A DNA stretch of 63,646 bases, filler included, from Sluysia triapertura (GCA_046118255.1; 5 parts of 5 records of this genome joined end to end with filler, not necessarily neighbours in it); one strand, 5' to 3'. Positions 49,503-62,880 are shown, counted from the first letter of the whole stretch. The notes: a model not told the origin generated them from the letters alone. Numbers and translations: made by a program.

Positions 49503-52170
49503 ATTGAAATATTCGATAATTTCTGTTAGATTCATTTCTACTTGAAACTTTCACGAAAGTACATTATAAAAATGTACTGTTATTACATTATTTAAACAAT
49601 TCCAAAATTTATTGGATTAATTAGCATTAAATTTCTGGATATTATATGATGTTTGTTAATGTAAGTTTGTAATATTAGTAATCACGAACTACTGTAAAAT
49701 AAGACTATGTATTTACTAAATTGGTTTTAATGTTATGTGATTACAATTTTTTTATTTAATTTATGGATAAATTACGAAAGCAAATTGTTGTCTGCTTAAA
49801 GTAAATCTTTTCTTTTATGGATAAAGATGGTATTTGTAAAATCCATATGAATTCCTTTATGTGCTCTTTAATTAAGTTATATTTTCAAACTTATGATGGA
49901 AATGCAACATGACTCGACTTTTTTTTACTTATTTGTACACGTTTAAGCAAAAAAACAAATCACTAATCACACAAATAGATGAAGGAATAAAAATACAATT
50001 TTTTGTAAATTTGCAAAGGTTGCTGATGATTACTTAGATTCTATTTCGTCTCAGAGATAACGGAATTGTGTGATATTGAACAATCTGACGATGAGTTTAT
50101 CTGTAACATTTCTCATCAATAAGCAGTGTCGTTTTGTAGAGTCAGAAGTAGTACCTATCAACAAATTAGTAGAGAAATAAACATAATATATTAATAAATA
50201 AAGATGAATTTTTGTAAAAACAATTTATTTGCAGCTTTTTTTGCACGTTTTTACACTTGTATATTTATGTTTGTGACCACAAAAGGTTTGCGAACACCAC
50301 GAGTTGTACGCTATAATATCTTGTAAGTATCATGAGTATATTCGTGCTGGAAATGCGTAATACCACAAGTATACGAATCGGTTAAGTTAGAAAATTCTGA
50401 TTTACAATTTAAAAGCTTATAAAAGGTTACTTTAAGTATTTTAATTCAAGATATATTTATGTTGTAATAATGTGTAAGTTAATGTAATTTTTATTTTATG
50501 AGTTATTTCTTAGGCTTTACCTTTAAACTTTCGTCAAATTTAAATATGTCTGTATACTTTACGTACTTAAATAACTCTTGTTCTTTACTATTAATTCAGA
50601 TATTTTTACAAACTTCTTATAATTGTTCTAGACATTCCTATTAATTTATATCGAACTTAACTGGAGGTATGAATCGCTATACTAGTCCTTGTTACTAAGG
50701 ATTGAAATGCTTAATAATCGATTAAATGGAATTATGTATCAATTAATATTTAAATTAAATAGAATTTTATTCGTCAAGATTTGATTCAAACTTAATGATT
50801 AGGCTTTAATATAACTTACTTAGTTTGAAATTCACTATTGCACCCTAATACTCTATTTCCAACCCTTACTTAATTTACAAATAAAATGAAAAGGTAATTT
50901 TAATAAATATTTATTAATTCAATCAATATAATTATTAATAAAATTAGTTTATAATTAACTTTCGATTGAAAAGAAATATAACTCTCACTTGAATATTCTT
51001 GTTTCGGATCAATTGTTAAAATGTCTTCAGTAAATAAATTTGAGTCTTCGTATTGTAAAATAGTTTTGATACGTGGTTATGAACGCGATTCTGAAAAATT
51101 AATTATGCAATACGTGATTTTGGAAAATCAATTCTGAAACTGTTCTGAAAAATGTGTTTAGTGTCTATATTCTTGCTCCTTTTATACAAAATGTTTTTAT
51201 AATATTTTCGAAATTAATCGTATTTTATAATATTTCCAAATTCCAAATAAATTCAATAAATTTCCAGATTATATAGTTAATAATGAATAGTAGTAATCCG
51301 AAATTCAATAATACACTAGTATATAATTGTTCAAATAGTTGATATATGAATAAATGGTAATAGTCCAAATAAATTCAATATCACTTTTTAAATACCTAAT
51401 AGTTAATAATAGTAAGTCTAAATGAATTCAATAATAAATAAATAGTAGTATGTAACTGTTTAAATAACTAATAGTTAATAATAGTTATATATTATTAACT
51501 AATTATTTTTATATTTAGTCGAAAATTATTTCCTTAAAATTTAGTTCTTAACTAAAGATCTAAAATGCTAAAAAATTAATGAATTAATTATTAAATATTA
51601 TTAATTATTTAAATTAATAATTATTCAATAAAAATTAATGAATAATGAATATTATATTATATTTGTTATATTAAAATTTAATGAAATTTTAATGAATATT
51701 AAAATAAATATTATATTTATTTACAATTATATTAATATTATTATAATCTTTGTATTATTTCTGTAACAACTTATTATATTTATCTGTATCGTCAATTTTC
51801 TACTTACAAATATATTAGCCGCTATTAGTGATTATTTTGACTATTGACAAAATAAAGTGATTTGTTTATTTAAGAATAAATAAAAACAAACATTAAGACT
51901 TACATTAATTTAAACTTGAAAGAAAAAAATTAATAAGTTCACTTAGAAAGTCTTGAAGTAACGTAACATAAATACGTCCCTCAAATGTAAAAGTTCGATT
52001 AAATCCAATAAGTAATGCTTTTCAGTGGATAAAAATCGTTGGTACCTGATGGGCCCAGCAAAGCACAGTAAAATAATTGCAATATAAACAATTCATCCAA
52101 CTATTTGTGTTATATTTGATTTCAATGTCATAATTAAAATTTAATAAAATAAGTTTCTTTTTTAATAAAA

Positions 52171-52335
52171 ATTAATTAAAATTTGACTTTGCTCAATATT
52201 AAGGCTTTCCTTGCATGAACCATACCTTCACCGAAATATCTTTTCAAATCAAATACATACACAGTTTCATATTTAACATAGCATTCCGCGCTCAAAAGTT
52301 ATTCATAAAAACGTACTTTTTCTTAATTAAGTTAA
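52171..52335 (+). repeat. Dispersed repeat copy 1 (probable non-autonomous DNA-transposon fragment)
   Basis: Near-identical to 62708-62880 (aattaaaatttgactttgctcaatattaaggctttccttgcatga...caaatacatacacagtttca...tcaaaagttattca). Confidence 0.85.
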
Positions 52336-52368
52336 TTAAGATTTTTAATTAATTAATCTATTTTTAGA

Positions 52369-52468
52369 NNNNNNNNNNNNNNNNNNNNNNNNNNNNNNNN
52401 NNNNNNNNNNNNTTAATTAATTAANNNNNNNNNNNNNNNNNNNNNNNNNNNNNNNNNNNNNNNNNNNN
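52369..52468. other. Assembly gap with artificial linker
   Basis: N44-TTAATTAATTAA-N44. Confidence 0.97.
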
Positions 52469-53049
52469 ATTACTCGTTTGCATTTGTTTCATTTATTGCT
52501 GCTTTATTATTTAATAATATGTATTTATTAATGTTTAATTACTAATGATTGTAAGTAGACTCAATGGTGATTTTAATTCAGTAAAATAATGCAAAATTTT
52601 GATTTTCTGTAAATTCTTAAATCATCTCATTATTGATTATTTTTACCGAAAAAGTTCTTTACCTACCTTACGTACCACAAGTTTACTTATTTTTCGGTCA
52701 TTCTCAAACTGGAACTTTATTTCTAAACTTAGATACGCTTCTTATTAAGTTTCATTTATCTGAACTTAATATGTATGTGTGGGGTTTCGACGAGAGCACT
52801 CTGACGGCACAATTGGATCCATAAGACCTAACGTATAAACAAGACTCTTTCCAATTAGTTCTCTATAGCTAAACGAAAGAGAAATGCAGTCGTATATTAA
52901 GTGTGACAAAGTAAAAATCAGAGTCTACAAGAAATGATGATGCACGACAGTTTCCATTACGTTGTGACAATTTATGTTACATTCAATTGGCCTTGTATGT
53001 CATGAATATGTCCGCACGGTTAGTGTGAATTCGAATCGAAAGAATTCAA

Positions 53050-54048
53050 AAATGAGTAAAAAGTGAAAGTCGAAGTGATAAAAATCAACGAAGAAAGTGA
53101 GAATGATGACGTTTTTGACAATGAAGAATGTTTGAATGTCCGCAGAGGACAAGGACACCGAAGATTTTTTATCTGACTCTAAAAGTGTTGATGAGCAAAA
53201 TGGTTAACATTTCATGATAGAACTACATGGCATCAAATCAAAGAAGAGCCAGTAATCGGAAGACCACATAATACTTTCAGAGAATTGCCAGGTCCAACGG
53301 CATATGCCAAACGAAATATTATGTCTGGTAAAACCAAAACAGCATAAAAAAGATGCACAGAAAGAGAATCTTTCAAATTTTGGGGATCTGCCTATTCCAA
53401 AATTAGATGCTCTCGTCGAAGTTTTATATGCACTGGCACTTATGAGGCAGAAGATTTAACCACTTCACACTTGTGGAGTTCGTAATGCGGATCTCGCTTT
53501 TTTCGAAGACTTTCTCAGAATTTTTGAGATTTTTCCGATTCGATAACATAAGGCAACCAATTTGGACAAATTTGCTCTAATTTCGGACTTATGGAACACG
53601 TTCACTCAGGGAATATTTTTGTCCTCACTTGTGAAAACGAGAAACGACGACTGTACCGAGATATTTAATAAACCAATACCGATAAAAATGTTATCATATT
53701 CAGTACCAAACATAAATCCGTTAAAACCAAAAACAATAGAAATAAAACATCCGAAACAATCAGTTATGATAATCAAACTAAATTTAATATCTTGCATTTC
53801 TCTGAAAATATCTGGTTGAAGATATCTGGGCAACGTATTTGGTTACAATTAGCAGAGTAGCTCGTTGCAGAATTTTGTGAAGCAGGAAAGGAAAAACAAC
53901 GATAAAGAACATCAAGCAGTTCCAACAATTATTTGCAGTCACGGAAAAATGTCAAATAATATTGTGCGCAAGCAATAAAACAACTTAAACTTGTATAATT
54001 TGTAAAGTACAAAAGAGAAACCGATCATCTGTAAAAAATGTAATTAAT
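53050..54048 (+). mobile_element. Decayed, internally deleted piggyBac (PGBD-like) transposase
   Basis: Acidic N-terminus, then across frames HNTFRELPGPTAYAKRNI, DKFALISDLWNTF, KNVIIFSTKHKSV...SETISYDNQTK, LQLAE, and a C-terminal Cys-rich CQIILCASNKTT*TCIICK...ICKKCN. TIRs are not clearly preserved. Confidence 0.8.
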
Positions 54049-54621
54049 TATTAAAGTTTTATTAGAAATAAAACACGATTATTTTATTAGAAATCAGACA
54101 TCACTTTGCAAATCATTTCCTTTAATAAATCAGCAATTTCTTTCTGAAAATCAACGTCTGTCATCGTAACTTATCGTAACTGTCATGAAAGTTAGTTTAT
54201 AATATTTCGAGTAAGATGTCACAGGTGCTTTTGTTTAAACAATGTGATTATTTGAGCTTGAACAATTTAACATGATTTAATCGATTTTGCGCCGTCGCTA
54301 ATATATCTACAAGTAGCAAGACTCGTACTCAATTAGCCCAGATAGAATATATTAATATTATAAATACTTTATTAATAATATATTTTTAGCACTAAAATAA
54401 TTTCACTATCAAAACGAAATTATTTCACGTCAATTTTAATATTGCACTGTTTTAATCTCGTAACTGTTAAAACAAATTTCATTTTTTTCTTGTCAATTAA
54501 AATTCTTGATTTTAGATAATAAGTCCACTAATATATTACTTCTATAGATGTAAAAAGTGTTGTTTTTGGAATATGATATATTAAAGTAAATTATTAAAAA
54601 TATTAACTTAAGTAAATACTT

Positions 54622-54624
<3 letters not shown>

Positions 54625-54687
<63 letters not shown>
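54625..54687. repeat. (AAT)12 directly abutting (ATT)9: a spacerless palindromic microsatellite
   Basis: Centre of symmetry at 54660/54661. Confidence 0.92.
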
Positions 54688-54690
<3 letters not shown>

Positions 54691-55177
54691 TTACATTGCG
54701 CTCATATCTACTGCAAAATAAGTACTCAAAAGCACTTTAAATAAATCATTCACTATAATATTTCTGAAACAGAAAGAACGTTGTCTTTTTCTTAAATATT
54801 TTATAATCTTCCAGCAATTTGACATTCTCTGGTAGCTGGTTGAATATTTTTGAAACATAAAGGGCATTTAACATATCAGCTAAATTATTATCACGTAAGT
54901 CTCAATGAAATATTCGTCTTTCTAAGAGATATTCAGGACTTCCGCACTATAAACATGATTTTGAATTCTACTCTTGCTTTTATTTTTAATTCATTAGTAT
55001 CTCAAATTTATTTCCTCCGCGAAATGTTACAACACATTTTAGTAATACATTTTTGCCACTTTGTACCTATTTATATATGATTTTAATTTTATACATTAAA
55101 TATTTATTATATCACGTTTATTTTATCACAACAACAAGTCATTTGATAACTTTTCATCGATGTTGTATCATTTTGTT

Positions 55178-55307
55178 NNNNNNNNNNNNNNNNNNNNNNN
55201 NNNNNNNNNNNNNNNNNNNNNNNNNNNNNNNNNNNNNNNNNNNNNNNNNNNNNNNNNNNNNNNNNNNNNNNNNNNNNNNNNNNNNNNNNNNNNNNNNNNN
55301 NNNNNNN
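55178..55307. other. Assembly gap (130 N, no linker)
   Basis: Run of N. Confidence 0.97.
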
Positions 55308-55872
55308 CTAAATTAATATTTATTTTAAGATGTGTGTGCGAAATTTACATTATTTTCAATTTAAAAAAATGCTTGTGTACTTTCTTATTAAAATTTTTCA
55401 ATACCTTCACTTATTATTGTTATTTTACTTTTTGCTTTATTAGTTTTATTGTTTTATCGTTCAGAATAAATGTAAAGGCTCCGGTATGCTAAATGCACGC
55501 CCCATCTACACTCACAATTTTATATCTATATGAATATTGCACAATTATCAATGTTAAATATATAAACAATGTTATAAATAAAACATATTATAACCAGTTA
55601 ATGATATCTTATCAAAAACTCATTATATTTTACAATAAAACAAGAATTTAATCTTTTATAAGCATTAATTTGAAAAATCTTTAAAATATAATTAACTATT
55701 TGGTTCAATTAAATGAAAGTTAATAAAATGGTAACAATATATAAAATTATGGCACATATATTTGGATATTTACCGGCCTAAGATGACTAATTGTTTGTTT
55801 GAGTGTCTAAAATATCGACAATAACCGAAAATAAAATATTGCACAAATTAGGTATTTAAGTAATACGAAATA

Positions 55873-56406
55873 TTAAATTTGTGTTTTACAAATAAAATAT
55901 ATAATTCCCACTTGTGAATTACTCGATTTGTTTTTGGCTTTAATTTCGAAATCGAGTGACAAATTTAAGAGTTTATATTCAAAAACTAAACATAATTTTA
56001 GATGTTCGATTTTGGGTAATTCACACCAATATATAGCTTTGTAAGCTTCAAGTGTTGGGTACTTGTTTAAGAAATTCGTATTGTTAAGAGAATGAAAGTA
56101 GTGTGAATGTTGTATGTTGCTTACAAGTTGATTAGGTATTCGAGGTTTTGCTGAAGTATTCGACTTACAAGTAATCATAAGGGTATTAAATAGAACGATT
56201 GGATTAACAGTAGAAGTAGCTAAGTTTAGTTTAACTATTAAGCGCGTAGTATCTATCGATATTATAATATGTATAGGACTAGGTTCAGAATTATTAAGGT
56301 CAGAAAAAGAATGATTAGGATTATTGCTGAAGGTTTCATGTTGCATTGATTTATGACATAGAATTATTTCTTTATAATAACTTGCATTAAAGTACAATGA
56401 TTTCAT
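55873..56406 (-). CDS. Hypothetical protein or exon (177 aa)
   Basis: Long ORF for this AT content with balanced composition; no recognised domain. Confidence 0.35.
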   Translation of the reverse strand: MKSLYFNASYYKEIILCHKSMQHETFSNNPNHSFSDLNNSEPSPIHIIISIDTTRLIVKLNLATSTVNPIVLFNTLMITCKSNTSAKPRIPNQLVSNIQHSHYFHSLNNTNFLNKYPTLEAYKAIYWCELPKIEHLKLCLVFEYKLLNLSLDFEIKAKNKSSNSQVGIIYFICKTQI

Positions 56407-56660
56407 TACGGATATAACTAAATTTAAAATTTTCTTTTTATTACTGAATAAAAATATATAAAACTTGACTAAGACAATTTTATTGTATATGAAAATGTAT
56501 TTAATTTTGAAAACTAAATTTTACATTATTATGTTAAAATCCATTGCTGCACCATGTTGCATTACATTGATCCCCGATCTATGCTTATTATCTAAAATAT
56601 AAAATGAATTAAGAGACTTCATTTGATTTCGACTTTCTATATTAAAATTCCTATTGTTTT

Positions 56661-56781
56661 ATGCTAGACCTTAAAGGCCAGCTCAACGTTTAAACAAACT
56701 AAAATATTTGACTTTTGCACGCTAGACCATAATCGGCTGGCTCAACCTCTCACAACCAGACCATAAATGGCTAATTTAACC
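56661..56781. repeat. Three degenerate direct repeats (cTAGACCaTAA..GGC..gCTCAAC)
   Basis: Copies at about 56663, 56721 and 56756. Confidence 0.7.
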
Positions 56782-57934
56782 AATAATTTATCAAGGTATT
56801 CTTACTGAGTATTTGTTGGTAGGTGGTTAAATAGTTTTAATTTAAGAACAATCGTTGTAAGTAAGCTTCGGACACTTGCTCGTTTTCTGACAAATCCTAA
56901 TAGACCGCCTTCGATCAGATATAAGTCGCGTCTATTAGACGAACTCATCTTCGGTATTCATTCATTTTGTAAGTACAGGTTTAGCAGTAACCATATATTA
57001 TGAATGCTATAAAATTTAGTGAAATTTATGAAACTGACTTCGATAATGAACATGTATTTATGAATTTTCCTTTACAAATCTATAATACAAAAGATGATTA
57101 TTTTGAAATATTTTTATTGAGTCAATTTAAATTCGAACTGTATGTTGAAATCAATATATTGTGACAGTTATGGATCAAGAATTGTGTTATTAAATAGGTT
57201 AAAATTTAATAAATGTGACTGTTATTCGTCACAATGTAAATATTTTATATGATTTATATGCATCACAACACTGTCAAAGTATGCTTAATTTACTCAATTT
57301 AGTTTTTATTTATAAATGAGATGAAATTCGATGAAACTCGATGACTTAGTCGTCCAAAAGTGTAGCACGAATTTTATGAATTATAAATTTTTACTCGCAA
57401 ATAAATAACTTGTTTGTGTTAAATATTTGATATCCATAATTTAACTTTATGCAGCAATAAGAATAAGAATTTCTCAAGTTTTCTTATTAAAATTATTAAG
57501 TTGTTGATGATCATGCTATTTCATAAGCACCCTAAGTATCGTCAATATTCTTTAATCATTTATTGTAATGTTAATGACTCAAAACTTAATAACACTACTT
57601 TAAAACTATCTTTAATTTAAAAATAAGTGAATATTTTGGGCTTAGTTCGGAAGTTATTATTGTACCAAATTTTAAATTATAAACAAACTGATTAAAATCA
57701 CTAGAAATTAAATTAAAAAATTTTCTTTTAATCTTGTAAGATGAATTATCTTTAACTACTTTACATATTTCCTGGTTAAATTTTTTACTTAAAAGAATGA
57801 TGAAAATAAAACATTTAAATTTTTATAACACACACGTAAAATTTTGTCTAATTCACAAATTGTTGACTTTAAACAAACAAGAATTCTATCGTTTGTATTT
57901 TGGTATGCCGCAGATTCACTCGATCGTAGATTCC

Positions 57935-59182
57935 TTAAGAAAAAAGATCAGATGTTCGTTCATCAAATAAAATATAAATTACTCCACGTCTTATGTGGCA
58001 AGCATAACAGGAATCCTTAAGATTGTTGCGGAATTGGACTGGGCATTTGTTGATTTGGTGAATACTTTTAAAAGAATTTAATAGATTGTTTAAACGTTCT
58101 ATATGTTGGTTTGTACATTCGTTTTTATCATTGTTGGAGTTTAGTTCGCCGATATTATGAGAATAGCGGCACGAATTTCCATACTTGATACACATATTGA
58201 AATCATCTAGTTGAGATGGGCGTTGTGCTAAGCATTTGTATAAGTGAACATTATTACTTGACTTGATGGTAATAGGTTTAATACAACAGCCTCTATTGAA
58301 GGTGGATACGGTAGTTGTATTATAATGATGTTTGACTTCGTTACATCGACTCCAATTCTTTTGTGATTGTAAGTATCGTATGGATAAATTTTATTGAAGC
58401 ATAATGGATGAAAAATTAAAATGAGTTCTTTTATAAACATGAATAAATATTAATTGAATTATGTCAGCTTTATTAAGATCATGGTGAGAACGAACCAATT
58501 CATTGAAATGACTAAACATTATATTTGACGTGATTTGATTACGGGTATGATCATTCAAATCGAGTTCGAAGTTAACATTTTCGTAATTTTTATTGAATAC
58601 ACCCGTACTAGACATTTAAAATATGTAACTGTTGCGGTTCCATAATGAAAGAGAAGTCATCGTACTGGTAAACGATTGATTCTTTAATGTTTTTAGTCTA
58701 TGTAACACATCTAGTAGCCCGATGAGCATCTACTAACTGCCAAGTAGGATTGTATTTATCATCTTCAAATTCATCCCCTGAACGATAGCCTACTCCTTTA
58801 GAATAACCGGTTCATATTTCACGATATAACCCTGCATAATTACACATTACAGAAAATGCAGAGGCATATGAACTTTAAAAGTCTTAATAGATATATAACA
58901 TCAAATGACAGTATTTTCATATCACGTGCTGTCATCCATCGAAATATTACTCTAGTTTTTTCAATTTCTTCTAACTTATATCGATATACAAGATCCCACA
59001 TTAAATCACGAAATGACGGATATTTATTTGATTTACTCGAATAGCGTGATAATCAACTTTTTCGAATACTGATGGATCGTCATAAAGTGGTGTTTCAAAT
59101 GACTTGATAGTTCCGATGGTGGAGCTTTAGAAGTGTCTACTGGTTTCGGTAATACGAAATTTTTTGGTGCTAACACAGACAT
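57935..59182 (-). pseudogene. Disrupted gene containing a CCCH-type zinc-finger remnant
   Basis: ATG at 59182 (MSVLAPKNFVLPKP...), then consecutive broken ORFs 58391..58615, 58228..58440 and 57935..58195. RPSQLDDFNMCIKYGNSCRYSHNIGEL has a CCCH-like C..C-x3-H tail; the first Cys position reads CGC. Confidence 0.5.
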
Positions 59183-59287
59183 TTGAAATTATCAATTTTC
59201 GTTATAATTGCACTTTTTTCAGAGTAATTTATGTATTTTGTATTTTAATGAGCTATTTTTAGTTGATATTTGCTTAATTTCTGTTTG

Positions 59288-59446
59288 ACAGCCAATGAGA
59301 ACATTTATTTAATCTGCTCTGCGAACAATACATAATAGCACAACAAACCAGAGCGTTAAGTAACTGCCATCACTCGACAGTTCATAATGTATGTTGAAGT
59401 GCCTTAAATTAAGCTGTCGACTGATGACAGATTGTAATTAAAATGG
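59288..59446. promoter_or_regulatory. Hairpin element copy D with CCAAT box
   Basis: CTGCCATCACTCGACAG (59364-80) / CTGTCGACTGATGACAG (59414-30), 15/17 inverted. ACAGCCAATGA at ~59288 is the same 11-mer as at 27711. It lies upstream of the 59182 ATG. Confidence 0.55.
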
Positions 59447-61602
59447 TACTTATTTACTAACTACAATGATGATAAATTTAATTTTTGGTAATAATGATGC
59501 GTCTTTAAAATTTATTAGTTATTACAACTCAATATTAACTTGATTAGCTTAAAGAAACCTTAATAATTTTAATAGTCAGTATATCAAGTATATTTTTGCA
59601 GTATTCTTCTTTTATAATATTAATAACTATTATCCCAAATTTAAGTCCTTCAAAAATCAAAATCAAAACTAAGACAGTAATATACTATTAAACAAAAATT
59701 CATAATATAATTTATTATCAATAAAAAAATTTACTAAATGCTGAGAACCACTAAAACGACAAATATAACAATATCGTTTATAATAAAATCAAAGATATTA
59801 CAATCTAATTAAGATGTCAGAATAAATTAATTAAAATTAACGTGAGATCACCAACGTACTGGACTTATCGGTTAGGGCCAGCCGTTGGATTTTTTATCAA
59901 AGATTTATGGAAGTAGATGGAGGTGCTAATAAATGCGATGCTTTGATAAGAGTTTACTATATAATTCTTTATTAATTTTATTTTGATAAGGTTCTTACTT
60001 TGAACCTGTGAATAATTTAATTCGGTTCTTAAAGTGAACCTTAATAATTATACAAAGATTTTAATTAGGTTCTTACACTGAAACTTTCTCTTGTAAATTA
60101 ATTTTAAAAAATTCAAAATTTAATACAAATGGGTTATATTATATTCAATAATCTTTGATAAAATTAAGTTTAAACACAAATTTTAATAAGCTACTGTGAA
60201 ATAGTAGCTAAGTAGCATAAATGGAATTTAAGTATATTTTAAAAATTCAGTTATAAAGACTGCCACAAACTTAATTATAAAAAACTAACGATGAGACAAC
60301 GATCAATTCGATTATAAATTCTTGAAATAATCTTCGTATTTTTATCCTATCTCTTGGCGTTTTAAGTTTAGAAATCAAAGATATTGAATCGTATTGAGAT
60401 TATGACAAAATAATTGTTTATTTATATAGAAATAAATGACCTTGTGGTCATTAAAACAACAAACTAATAAAAATGTTTAAATAAGAGTAATAAAATATAA
60501 AAATAATAAAATATTTATTAGGATAAATTTATTCCTTTGCATTAAAATTAATCTTCTAATACTTTAAAATAACAATTATACAAATTAAAGATATTTTAAA
60601 AATTACATAAATTAAAATAAAATCTTAAATTAAAATATTAATTTTAATTCAAATATTCATAAATATTAATTTATTCAATTTATTCTTAAAAGTAATCCTC
60701 TAATATAAAAATTTACAAAATAAAACCTTACATTAAAATGTTAATTCCATTTTACATATTTATAAATATTGATTTATTTATTTAAATTATCATAAATATT
60801 AAATCTACTTTTATTTTTATACAATTTATTATAGCATATTACAACTTGTAGCACATATTAAATCTATTTTTAGTGCAACATACAAACATTTTATTATACA
60901 ACATTTTATTATACAACCTAATATTATTATTATTATTATTATAAAGAATATTTGTTGTAATCTTGTGATAATATTAAAGAATGTATTGAGATTTTTAAAA
61001 TTATTTAGTTACTGAGTTTTAATCTGATAATTTACAAAAAAAGTATTAAAAGACACGATATACACAATATTAGTTAGATTCTATTGGTTTATTTTGCGAT
61101 ATTAACTTCTGAAATAAATCATGCACATTAATATCGTTTTCAATGTAGGATTTTTATTCATTAGTTGTTTTTTGACACGCGAAATTAGAATTACCAACAT
61201 GAATATTAATAATACACGAGAATATTAATCCAGAACTTATAAGCAATAATACAAATGACCCAAAAAGTAAAAGTATCTCAGAAATAACTTTTAAACTCAT
61301 AATATAACAGAAGATTCCATAAATAAATTACAATATATTTTATAACTTATACATTTTATATTATATATTTTATAATATATTATAACTTAAACAGACAAAC
61401 CAATTAACTGACATTGTAGAAAACATAGAGACGATACATCTTATTGGCATTTCAAGTAATAAAATTAAAATATAACTTTAAAATTGAGTCTCGATAATCC
61501 GTAAACTTGTTACCGGAGTAATGATGTTAATGGTGATAGCTATAATAATGACGACAATCGTGAGTTATAATGTTTCATGGAAGTTAAAGTTTAATATTGT
61601 TA

Positions 61603-62570
61603 TTAAATGAAAGAAAACTTAAAAATTTTAATAAATGTAAGCTTTCGAAAGTTAGTGTTTAGAAATTGAAGTATGGGAATTGATGTCATGTTATGTAATT
61701 GTTTATGTGGATTATATTTTGATGTGCTCAAGATTCGATTTTGTGTATGTACGTGATGTATATGATCTATTGATTTAGTTTGTAATGTCTTTGTGCAACA
61801 GGTGTTTTGTGTAACATCATGCAAGAAGAAGAATGAATGAGTGATTTATTTAAAGTATCATCTAATCTGTGACAACCTGTGGTAATTTTAGACTGACCGG
61901 AAATCGAAACCGGACTCTCATGCTGCGCATTTCGATGTAATTTTAGATTATTATAATCAATTATACTAAGTGGCACTTTAGGCCTCTATTCCAATATAGT
62001 CATTTACACTATCATTATTCTATGGCACTTTAGGCCTACATCCTAACACTAAGAATGATGCATATTCTCACAGATAATATCAAATGAGGAATCCAAGTTT
62101 TTGGATTGCTTCTCACAATGGTAAAGAAGTTTTAAAACTCTTCGCAACCAACTATAAGGAATTCGAAATGTTCTGGAAAAAATAGTTTAGTAGGATTTTG
62201 TTACATAAAGAAGAAAGCCAAAATTGTCTCATTTCCATAATATCCTTGGCATTCATTAAATCCTCTTCGCGCAACTCATGGTCTCCTGTTAAAAAATTAT
62301 TAATTCTATTTCTAAAACGAATTAACTCATGATAATAAGTGAAGCATGCTCTTATAACTTGTTTCCTATCGTTAAAGTCGAGAGCCAGTTGAACCGCCAG
62401 AAACACTAGATTAGTTTTATCAAACATGGATAAATTATGCATGCGAGTAAAGGTCACACGTTCCTCCCACTTATATAAGCTACTCAAGTCAGATTCATAT
62501 TTGGATGTATCTAAATGATTTTCCTTCTGAACGAATAATATTGCAAATGAGGTAGGAATTTCACTTGATT
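61603..62570 (-). pseudogene. Unidentified disrupted coding region
   Basis: Chain of minus-strand ORFs (62152..62487, 61767..61976, 61603..61824) with higher GC than the flanks; no domain recognised. Confidence 0.35.
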
Positions 62571-62707
62571 CTTATAATATGAAGACCAATCTACAAACAT
62601 TTCAAACTCACTTATAGATTCCCCCCTTCCATAGCAATCATCTCATATTCAATTCATTATATTTGTATCATTCTAAGTATAAAAGATTCAACATTACATA
62701 ATTAAGA

Positions 62708-62880
62708 ATTAATTAAAATTTGACTTTGCTCAATATTAAGGCTTTCCTTGCATGATATGGGTCAAACCACATCTTCATTGAAAGGTGTTTTCAAAACAAA
62801 TACATACACAGTTTCAAATTCAACATAGTATTCCGCATTCAAAAGTTATTCACAAAAGCGTACCTTTTATTAATTATGTT
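62708..62880 (+). repeat. Dispersed repeat copy 2
   Basis: Matches 52171-52335 with an extra ~11 nt (tatgggtcaaa region). Confidence 0.85.

Noticed and set aside
50270-50386. piggyBac-like right end (...GAATCGGTTAA)
   Set aside because: No corresponding left end was identified.
53606-53833. Hydrophobic minus-strand ORF as a captured membrane-protein gene
   Set aside because: The plus strand here encodes piggyBac transposase motifs (KNVIIFSTKH...ETISYDNQTK).
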